NCBI GenBank assembly: GCA_963664395.2
Contig: OY761159.2
Location: forward strand, 4,672,001-4,736,000
DNA length: 64,000 nucleotides
Reading direction: 5' to 3'
Origin: Candidatus Binatia bacterium
GTDB taxonomy: Bacteria; Desulfobacterota; Binatia; Bin18
Shown here one piece after another: positions 39,103 through 47,769 of this stretch (its first letter is position 1; every line of letters starts with the position of its first letter). The notes below the pieces were generated by a model. It saw only the letters and a program-made list of their open reading frames with translations, made no database searches and was not told where the DNA came from. Position numbers and translations under genes: made by a program.

Positions 39103-39990
39103 CTATGATCTGATACTGACCTCCAGTTGACGCGACACTGGTTCGGTCGAAACGATGTGCCGCTGGAGTTCCATTTCTTTCTCGTCAAATCCAAGGGCCA
39201 ATCCCAAGAGCTGAGGCAGGTGGATAATAGGCATCCCAATCTGTGTCCCCGCCCGCTTCTCGGCAGTCGGCTGGTTGGCGTCAAGATTCAGATGACACAA
39301 CGGACAGGGCGTCACCATGCAGTCCGCGCCTTTCGTCTTGGCGTCACCGGTATGATCGCTCACCATCCGCATCGAATTTTCTTCGTTGACCGTCAGAATC
39401 GGAAACCCACAGCATTTGGACTTCCCACTCGAATCGACAGACTCAGCGCCAATGATCTCGATCAGGTCCTCCAAATATGTTTTCCGACCGGACAGCCCTT
39501 TTGGAGCAATAATTGAGGTCGGACGACGGATGTAGCAGCCATAGAAGGGCGCGACCTTGAGCCCGGTCAGTTTACGCTTGATATGGGGTTTCAGATTCTC
39601 CACCCCATAATCTTCCATCAGTACCCATAAGAGATGCTTGACTTCCACCGTGCCTTTGTATTCAAGCCCCTCCTCTGCCAGGTATTCTGTGTTAATCTTC
39701 TCGCGATACTCAGGCTCGTTTTTGAAGCGATGATTCGCCTGGGTAAAGACCCCCTGACAGGTACTGCAAATCGTCATGAGTGAGGACAGCCCCATTGCTT
39801 CCACTTTAGCCAAAGTACGCGCATTGATGGGGTCGGACAGGTCACGGCTTAACACCCCGGCTCCCGTACAGCCGACATCGGTCACTTCTTCGATTTCGAT
39901 CCCCAGTTTCTCCGTCACCTTGACCGAAGCCGGGTAGAGTTCAGGACACGCACCACGCGACACACAGCCTGGATAAAATGCGTACTTCAT
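39103..39990 (-). CDS. HdrB/SdhE-like CCG-domain Fe-S subunit
   Basis: YAFYPGC, CSTC, FYGC..RP, CCG, TPCPLCHLNLD, HLPQLLGLA. Confidence 0.9.
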   Translation of the reverse strand: MKYAFYPGCVSRGACPELYPASVKVTEKLGIEIEEVTDVGCTGAGVLSRDLSDPINARTLAKVEAMGLSSLMTICSTCQGVFTQANHRFKNEPEYREKINTEYLAEEGLEYKGTVEVKHLLWVLMEDYGVENLKPHIKRKLTGLKVAPFYGCYIRRPTSIIAPKGLSGRKTYLEDLIEIIGAESVDSSGKSKCCGFPILTVNEENSMRMVSDHTGDAKTKGADCMVTPCPLCHLNLDANQPTAEKRAGTQIGMPIIHLPQLLGLALGFDEKEMELQRHIVSTEPVSRQLEVSIRS

Positions 39991-40955
39991 ACTTTGCTCC
40001 TCTGGGCTTTGTCTATGATTCTTCGAATCGCCTCGGCGCCCGGCCGCTTGTGATGGAAATACGGCAGCGGGGCCTTACCCTTGGGGATGGCCCGGATAAC
40101 CGTGGGTAGGAGTTTCGCCAGTCCGGCAATATTGGTGAGCCCTTCACTCTCGATCGCCAGCCGGCCCTCATCCAGCCACCCGCTCCGCTTAATCGAATTC
40201 AAGAAGCTATCGTAATGCCGCTGAACCTTCGGATTCCGGGTGCCGGAGCGTATCCCCTGGCGAATCGCCTCGTCACGCACCTCAAAGAGTCGGTCCGTCG
40301 GTTCCAGACCGAGGGGGCAATGCCCGTTGGCCTCAAAACAGTGCGTACAGTCCCAGACCCCACCAGGCTCGCTGACCAGCGTTAAGCGCTCATTGTGCTG
40401 TCCGTCGCGAGGGTCGAAGACGGCTCGATACGCCTTGGTGAGGGCGGCCGGGCCGACAAAATCCTTGTCGATTTTAATCACCACACAACCCTCGTCACAC
40501 AGGCCGCACATGACACAGCTCATCGCTTTGCGGACTTCGGCCAGTTGCTCCTCGGCGACCACGTATTCACCCTCGGGCTGCGGCTCGCGGGGTGTGATCC
40601 AGGGTTGGACCGCCTTAATTTTCTTCCAGAGAAAGTCCTCAAGGTTATACACCAAATCCTTCAGCACCGGGATATGACGGATAGGTTCGACGGTCACCAC
40701 TCCATCCTTGACCGTTTTGGCGATTTTCAGGGTACAGCCGAGCCGGCCTTTTTTGTTTATACGGAGCGCGCAGTCACCACACGACCCCCGCTCACACGAG
40801 GCCCGAAAGGCCAGACTGGGGTCCTGTTCATCCCGAATATGTCTGAGCCCGTCCATCACGGTCGCCGAATCTGGCAGGTCTACCTGGTAGGTCGCAAAAT
40901 CCGGTTTGCTCCCATTTTCAGGATCGAAACGGTAGACCCTAAATGTTGTTTCCAT
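39987..40955 (-). CDS. Succinate dehydrogenase/fumarate reductase-type Fe-S subunit
   Basis: FRASCERGSCGDC, CVMCGLCDEGC, GPAAL, WDCTHCFEANGHCP; C-terminal extension typical of HdrB-anchored complexes. Confidence 0.9.
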   Translation of the reverse strand: METTFRVYRFDPENGSKPDFATYQVDLPDSATVMDGLRHIRDEQDPSLAFRASCERGSCGDCALRINKKGRLGCTLKIAKTVKDGVVTVEPIRHIPVLKDLVYNLEDFLWKKIKAVQPWITPREPQPEGEYVVAEEQLAEVRKAMSCVMCGLCDEGCVVIKIDKDFVGPAALTKAYRAVFDPRDGQHNERLTLVSEPGGVWDCTHCFEANGHCPLGLEPTDRLFEVRDEAIRQGIRSGTRNPKVQRHYDSFLNSIKRSGWLDEGRLAIESEGLTNIAGLAKLLPTVIRAIPKGKAPLPYFHHKRPGAEAIRRIIDKAQRSKV

Positions 40956-40993
40956 AGGTCCCCTCCATGTGTGCGGTCAATGATAGAGTAGCC

Positions 40994-42622
40994 TCACTGA
41001 CCGGTATTGACCGGACAGGTGGTCAGGTTTGGGCCATCGGGTCCGTGCGTCACAAGCGAGTGCTGTTGCCACTCGGTATCGTTCGTTGCCGGGAAGTCAC
41101 TCCGTTGATGAACTCCGCGGCTTTCCCGCCGTTCCTGGGCCGCAGCGACAATGGCTTCGGCAACATCGATAAGCGCGCCCAACTCATAAAAGGTGAGCAA
41201 TTCATGGTTATACATTTTTCCGTGATGTCGGAGTCCAACCTGAGTGTAGCGAGTCTGTAAGTCGGTGACACAGCGGGCGGCCTCCCGCAATCCGGCTTCA
41301 TCTCGTACCAGTCCAACCTGCTCAGCCATTGTGGCGACCAGTTCGCGCCGAATCGTGACAATGGTATCCTCTGACACAGGCCGGGAAAAAATCGACTCAA
41401 GTGTTCGTTGGGCATCCTGCAGGGTAGAGTCGGCAATTGTCTGGGGAGCGATGTTCGACACCTGGGCGGCCGCGGCGCTGCCGGCCTGCCGACCAAAGAC
41501 AACGCTGGCGGTCAGCGCATTCCCGGCCAAGGCATTGGCCCCGTGCACCCCAGGAGAAGCACACTCTCCGGCAGCAAACAGACCGGAAACAGCCGTTGCT
41601 CCGTTCGTATTGGTCTGGATGCCACCGAGTACACGATGCATGCGCGGCATGACAGGCAGCGGCGCGCTGTCCAGACTGATACCAGCTATATCATTGGCCG
41701 CTCGCTCCAAATAGAGGAATCGGGCACCAATACGCTCTTTGCCAATCGAGCGGAAATCGAGTGTCGCGCCCTCCCCGGCGGAAGCGAGCGAGCGGCACAG
41801 CGCGTCCCGGAGCGGCAGGTCGTTGGTCTGCGAGTCGTTAATCTGAAAAATGGGCTGCCCAGCCTTGTTACACAGGACAGCGCCTTCTCCTAACGCTGCC
41901 TCAGAGGCGAAGGCGGCACGGTCACAAAAACCCAGCGGATGGTATTGCACCATCTCCATATCCCTGAGGCTCAGCCCGGCTCTGTAGGCCAGGCTCATGC
42001 CGTCACCGCAGCACGATTGCGAGGCCGTGCTCGGTGCATAGACACGCCCGGCACCACCCGTGGCCAGCACCACAGCGGACGCACTGAACGCATCAAGCTT
42101 GCCCGTTCCAAGTTCCAGGGCGAGCACTCCGCGACAGATGCCGTCCTCAACAACCAGGGAGGTCCCGAGCCACTCTTCATGACTGAGAATATCCTCCCGC
42201 ATACATTGCTCATAGAGCGTGTTCAGCACTGCATGACCGGTCATGTCGGCAGAAAATGCCGTGCGCGGGCTAGTATGCCCGCCGAGGGCCCACCGGTCGA
42301 ATTTGCCCTCAGCATTCCGGTTGAACGGCACCCCGATATGATCCAGATGAATAATGTCGTCCGAGGCGGCGCGGCACATCTCCTCGACAGCCGCTTGATC
42401 GCACAGGCCCGCTCCGGCCCGTACCGTATCCTGGGCGTGCTGCTGCCACGAATCGTCTTTTCCAAAGGCTGCATTCAATCCGTCTGACGACGTTGCAGAA
42501 TGGCTGCGTAGCGGATGGGTCTTACTGAGCAGGGCAACCTGTACCCCGGCATTGTTGGCCGCAAGGGCGGCCCGAAGCCCGGCAACCCCGCCGCCGACAA
42601 TAAGAACATCATATTTGGGCAT
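40994..42622 (-). CDS. SdhA/FrdA-like flavoprotein subunit with divergent active site
   Basis: GGGVAG, RSH, LATGG, DMEMVQYHP, AAGE, HGAN, RRESRGVH.R.DFP. Confidence 0.88.
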   Translation of the reverse strand: MPKYDVLIVGGGVAGLRAALAANNAGVQVALLSKTHPLRSHSATSSDGLNAAFGKDDSWQQHAQDTVRAGAGLCDQAAVEEMCRAASDDIIHLDHIGVPFNRNAEGKFDRWALGGHTSPRTAFSADMTGHAVLNTLYEQCMREDILSHEEWLGTSLVVEDGICRGVLALELGTGKLDAFSASAVVLATGGAGRVYAPSTASQSCCGDGMSLAYRAGLSLRDMEMVQYHPLGFCDRAAFASEAALGEGAVLCNKAGQPIFQINDSQTNDLPLRDALCRSLASAGEGATLDFRSIGKERIGARFLYLERAANDIAGISLDSAPLPVMPRMHRVLGGIQTNTNGATAVSGLFAAGECASPGVHGANALAGNALTASVVFGRQAGSAAAAQVSNIAPQTIADSTLQDAQRTLESIFSRPVSEDTIVTIRRELVATMAEQVGLVRDEAGLREAARCVTDLQTRYTQVGLRHHGKMYNHELLTFYELGALIDVAEAIVAAAQERRESRGVHQRSDFPATNDTEWQQHSLVTHGPDGPNLTTCPVNTGQ

Positions 42623-42865
42623 AGACACTCTCTAGCGCAGGCCACTATAACCGAAATGGCACGAGAAGGGCAAATCCGGCAGAGTCTCACGTTGAACTTG
42701 ACTTGCCCCTCGGCGGCCGCCCCCCCATTCTCACACATGCGCGCACGTCTTTTCGGGTCCAGTTGACCGGGCCGCCTTGGCCCGCCCGTGCCTCCCGGTG
42801 CACCGCCGCGTTTCCCCTTCCCGCCTCTCGGCGGCGCCGGTCGCCTGGTGCGGCGCCCTCGTCAT

Positions 42866-42987
42866 GCGGTGTGAAGATTCCTCCCATATTGGGAGGGCCA
42901 CGCGCGGCGGGATGGGGTAATTCTGGGCGGTGTGAAGATTCCTCCCATATTGGGGGGGCCACGCGCGGCGGGATGGGCTAGTTCTGG
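42866..42987. repeat. 61-bp near-exact tandem duplication with internal palindrome
   Basis: gcggtgtgaagattcctcccatattgggRgggccacgcgcggcgggatggg.. at 42866 and 42927; CCTCCCA-tat-TGGGAGG. Confidence 0.92.
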
Positions 42988-43015
42988 AAGGAGAGAGTCC
43001 GTGCGGCGTCAGCGG

Positions 43016-43100
43016 CCCGGCCAGGCTCTCGATGGAAAGGCCCAGGATGCGCAGTGAGACACGACTTTCCCAACTTTCGATTTCAAAGTGAGGTACGACC
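43016..43100. repeat. Array element copy A (3' portion)
   Basis: ggctctcgatggaaaggcccagga.gcgcagtgagacacg shared with copy B; actttcgatttcaaagtga..cgacc shared with copy C. Confidence 0.9.
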
Positions 43101-43101
43101 C

Positions 43102-46100
43102 ATGCATAGTGAAAAGAGTAGAAGAAGAACGAAGGATGAATCTCCGGACCGGCACCTCGTGGCCGGGGCGTGCGAACGAGCCGAGTCCCACAGCACAGGT
43201 GCATCGGGCTGTCAGCCCCTACGGCTGGCGTGCGCCGCTTGGGGGCTGCTCGGGCTGTGCCTGCTGGCGCTGCCGCTGCGCGTGGGGGCGGCCGTGCCGA
43301 CCGGCACCAACAGGACGGCGCTGGAGGCGCTGTACGATGCGACGGACGGAGAGAATAGTTGGACGACCAAAACGAACTGGAAGACGACTGATGGGGACTG
43401 GCACGGCGTCACCACGGATACTGATGGCAACGTCCTCGAGCTGGACCTCTCCAGGAACAAGCTGAGCGGGACGATTCCGGCGGCGGTGTGGACTTTGACC
43501 CAGCTCACTCAGCTGCGGCTCAACAACAATCAATTGAGCGGGGAGATACCGGAGGAGGTGGGAGATTTGACCCAGCTCACGGGCCTGCGGCTCAACAACA
43601 ATCAATTGAGCGGGACGATTCCGGCGGCGGTGTGGACTTTGACCCAGCAGCTCACTCAGCTGTTCCTCAACAACAATCAATTGAGCGGGACGATTCCGGC
43701 GGCGGCGGGGGACTTGAAGAACCTCATCTATCTCTACCTCCACGACAACAAGCTGAGCGGGGCGATTCCGATGGAATTGGGGAGCTTGCCCGAGATTCTC
43801 CACCTGGACCTCCACAAAAATGATCTGAACGGAGCGATTCCGAAGGCGTTAGGGGAGTTGGCCAATCTCACAATTCTGCGCCTCGACACCAACAAGCTGA
43901 GCGGGGAGATACCGGAGGAGTTGGGGAACTTGACCCAGCTCATTCATCTGTATCTCCAGGCCAATGATCTCAGCGGGTCCATTCCGGCGGAATTGAAGAA
44001 ATTGACCCAGCTCACGGGCCTGCTGCTCAACAACAATCAATTGAGCGGGGAGATACCGGCGGAGTTGTGGAGGATTTGACCCTTCTCACCACCCTGTATC
44101 TCCACAACAATCAATTGAGCGGGGAGATACCGGCGGCATTGGGGAAATTGACCCGGCTCCGCACCCTGTGGCTCCACAACAATCAATTGAGCGGGGAGAT
44201 ACCGGCGGAGTTGGGGACTTTGACCGCTCTCACCGACCTGCGGCTCTACAACAATGCGCGCTACCGCAATGCGGCGTTGAGCGGGCCTCTGCCCACCAGT
44301 TTCTCCAGCCTCACGGCGCTCAAGGAATTGCACGCCCAGAACACCTACCTCACGGTGCCCGCTGCCTTGGACAATTGGGCGGCGGGCCGCGCAGTCACCA
44401 CCGGCACTGCGGCCAGCAGCGGCACGATAACGCTGGACGCGGCCAACACGGCGCCGGGCGGGGTGTGGGCGAACGCGACAACACTGTACGTGTCGGACGC
44501 TGACGCTCTCGCCACCAAGGTGTTTGCCTACAAATTGGCCGACGGCAGCCGCGATGCCGCCAAAGATATTACGTTGGACCCCGAGAACACGGCGGCGCAA
44601 GGGCTGTGGGGGAATGAGACCACGCTGTGGGTGGCGGACCTCTTTGGCCACAAGCTGTACGCCTACACACTGGCCACCCGTAGCCGCGACAGTGCCAAAG
44701 ACATTGCCTTGGAAGAAACCAATCCCCGCGCTCTGTGGTCGGACGGGACGACCGTCTGGGTGGTAGACTCCTATAGCAACGTGTACGCCTACACGCTGGA
44801 CGGCAGCCGCCATATGGGCAGCGACTTTTCCTCGGGGCTAATTGCCGCCAACGATGTGCCGCGGGGGCTGTGGTCGGACGGGACGACAGTGTGGGTCGTA
44901 GACCCCGAGGACGTGCGCCTGTACGCCTATACGCTGGCCAGTGGCAGTCACGATGCGACCAAGTACCGGGTGCTGGACCCGGCCAACACGGCGCCGCGGG
45001 GAGTCTGGTCAGATGGGACGACGTGGTACGTGGCGGATAGTCGTGACCGCGTCGTGTACGTCTACGTCTACCGGAACCAGGGGCCGGAGGCCGTGGGCAC
45101 GCTGCCGAACCAGCGGCTGGCGGCTGGCGGGAGCGTCCAGATGGTGACCGTGACACACGCGTTCCGGGACCCGGACGGGGATGCGTTGACGTACAGTGTC
45201 GAGTCGTCAAATACGGCGGTGGTGATGGCGAGCGTGACGGGGGCGGAGGTGAGCGTGCAGCCGCCCGCCATGCTCCCGGTCACGACCTCGGCCCTGGTCA
45301 CCGTGACGGCGACGGACGCGGACGGCTCCCAGATGATGGCCACCCAGAGATTTGCCGTGCGGATAGAGGCGGCTGAGGATTTGCCGTCGAACCGGGGGCC
45401 GGTGGCCGTGGGCAGGCTGCCGGACTTGCTGCTGCAACGGGAGGCGGCGGGCGGGAGCACCCATATGGTGACCGTGACACACGCGTTCCGGGACCCGGAC
45501 GGGGATGTGTTGACGTACAGTGTCCACGTCGTTAGATACGGCGCTGGCCACGGTGAGCGTGACGGGGGCCGAGGTGGCAGTGCGGCCGCTCGTGGAGGGC
45601 CTGGTGACGATCACCGTGGGGGCGAGGGACGCGGACGGCTCCAATACGACGGCTACCCAGAGCTTTGACGTGCGGATTGGGCCCCCGCCGCTGTCTACAG
45701 GCACGGACACAGGCACGGACACAGGCACGGACACAGGCACTGGCGGCGGCGGTGGTGGCGGTGGTGGTGGTGGTGGTGGTGGTGGTGGCGGTGGTGGCGG
45801 TGGCGGCCGTCCCAGCCACGACGCCCACGGCAACACGCCGGGGCAGGCGACCCCCGTCACCCTGGACCCCGCCGGCATGGCCTCCACGGCCGGCCAGCTT
45901 AATACGGCCCCCGATGTAGACTACTTTACCGTAGACGTGCCCCACGCCGGGACGCTGGTGGTCACCACCACGGGCTCGACTGATACCGTCGGCACGGTAT
46001 GGCAAGACGGGGAAGAATTGGCAATGGCAGACAGTGGCGGCACGCGGCGGAACTTCCGGCTCAGTGTGCGGGTCCAGGCCGGGCCGGTGGTGATTGCCGT

Positions 46101-47010
46101 GGCGGGCAATGGGCGGCAGACCGGGGCGTACACCCTTCAGCTGACCTTGCTGCTGGGCTTTCTGGAGAATCCGGGCCCCAATTCGTTTCAGAGCGGCATC
46201 GGCGTCATTTCGGGGTGGACCTGTGAGGCCGAAGATGTGGAGATTGCACTCAACGGGACGGTGCAGGAGGCGGCGTACGGCACGGAGCGGGTGGACACGG
46301 CGGATATCTGTGGGGACACGGACAACGGCTTTGGGTTGTTGTTCAACTGGAACCTGCTGGGGGCGGGCGAGCATACGGTAGTGGCCACCGTGGATGGCAT
46401 CGAATTGGACCGGACCACCGTCACCGTGACGACGCTGGGCGAGGAGTTCGTGCGGGGGGCCGAGGGGAGCTGTACGGTCCCCGACTTCCCCCTGGCCGGG
46501 GAGACAGCGGCCCTGGTGTGGCAGCAGAGCAAACAGAACTTCGTGCTTGCCGCCGGCGCGGCCCCGAACGGCGCCAACCAGGCCGGGACCCCTGGGGTGG
46601 GGTATCTGGAGAATCCGAGCCCCAATTCGTTCCAAAGTGGCATTGGGGTGATCTCGGGTTGGGTGTGTGCGGCCAACGAAGTCGTAATCGCGATAGGGGA
46701 CCTGGGCTCGCAGGGGGCGGGCTACGGGACGGAGCGGTTGGACACCCAGGAAGTGTGTGAGGACACGGACAACGGCTTTGGGTTGCTGTTCAACTGGAAC
46801 CTGCTGGGGGAGGGAGAACATGAGGTGGTGGCCTATGTGGACGACGTAGAGTTAGGCCGGGCCACGGTGCGGGTGACGACGTTGGGACAGGAGTTTCTGC
46901 GGGGGGTTGAGGGCGAATGTGTGGTTGAGGACTTCCCGACGGCTGGCGAGAGGGTGACGTTGGGGTGGCAGCAGAACAGCCAGAACTTTGTCATGACAGA
47001 CGTGGAGTAG
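43102..47010 (+). pseudogene. Secreted LRR + beta-propeller-like repeats + cadherin/Ig-like + PPC + tandem C-terminal domain protein; two frameshifts (real or sequencing error)
   Basis: Three overlapping ORFs (43054-44079, 44067-45668, 45520-47010) join seamlessly if an extra TG (~44067) and an extra C (~45525) are removed; signal peptide; 24-aa LxxLxLxxNxLSGxIP repeats. Confidence 0.82.
45697..45807 (+). repeat. (acaggcacggac)3 plus (GGY)22 linker
   Basis: Encodes TGTD repeats then 22 Gly just before the shared C-terminal module. Confidence 0.92.
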
Positions 47011-47136
47011 AGGGGTTGGACCGGTAAGATCGTGCCGCCCTCAGGGCCTACGATTGGGAGACCTTGGGTGCCGTCAAAGACCAAACACCCGGCGGCTCTC
47101 GATGGAAAGGCCCAGGAGGCGCAGTGAGACACGCCC
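47011..47136. repeat. Array element copy B
   Basis: Starts at the stop codon of the LRR gene; highly similar to 55315-55440. Confidence 0.92.
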
Positions 47137-47146
47137 GGAGGGTGAG

Positions 47147-47752
47147 ATGAGTACATTCGCTATCGGTATGGTTGTTGTGGCGGTGGTTGCGGCGCCGGTC
47201 GCGTGGGCGCAGCCGCTTGAGTTTGAATCGATCGATCCGCCTTCCGTAGATAAGCGCTCTCCCGCCCTGAAACAGCGCAGTCCCCAGGCGAGAAGCGACT
47301 CCGGCCAAAGCGGCCAGGTCTATACCTACGAAGACGGCGACCGCACCGTGCGGGTGCAGTTGCAGTCCGACCTGGAGGTGAGCGGGGACAGCAGCGTCGC
47401 CAGAGGCAGCGGAGAGCACATCGTGACCAAGGACAGCTCCACGAAGGACCGCTCCGAAACAAGCACCGGGCAACCGGTGTTCCGCTCCGAATCCTCGGGC
47501 ACCCTGATGACCTTGCCCGGCGGTGTCCTGCTAGTGCTGGACGCGGAGTGGAGCACGGCAGAGACCAATGCCTTTTTCGCTCGCAACCGAATCAAGCTGG
47601 GCCGGGTGTCAGACTTGGATGTCGCCGCCAACAGTTTCTTCGTGGAGACCGAGCCGGGCTTTGCGTCTCTGAATTTGGCTAACACTCTGGCCGCGCAGGA
47701 CGGGGTACTCATCTCCAGCCCCAATTGGTGGAGAGAACATACAACAAAGTGA
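47147..47752 (+). CDS. Secreted protein, putative stand-alone propeptide/chaperone of the downstream S8 protease
   Basis: GGAGG + ATG, signal peptide (..VAWA-Q), C-terminus SLNLANTLAAQDGVLISSPNWWREHTTK resembling subtilase prodomain ends. Confidence 0.65.
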   Translation: MSTFAIGMVVVAVVAAPVAWAQPLEFESIDPPSVDKRSPALKQRSPQARSDSGQSGQVYTYEDGDRTVRVQLQSDLEVSGDSSVARGSGEHIVTKDSSTKDRSETSTGQPVFRSESSGTLMTLPGGVLLVLDAEWSTAETNAFFARNRIKLGRVSDLDVAANSFFVETEPGFASLNLANTLAAQDGVLISSPNWWREHTTK

Positions 47753-47769
47753 ACGACTGACCCAAGACC

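Noticed and set aside
40994-42622. Calling this sdhA or nadB
   Set aside because: The substrate-binding Arg of the HGANR motif, shared by both enzymes, is absent; symbol withheld.
42866-42987. CRISPR array
   Set aside because: Only two adjacent units, no unique spacers and no cas genes in the window.
47011-47136. Integron attC site
   Set aside because: No RYYYAAC...GTTRRRY ends, no full-length imperfect palindrome and no IntI nearby.
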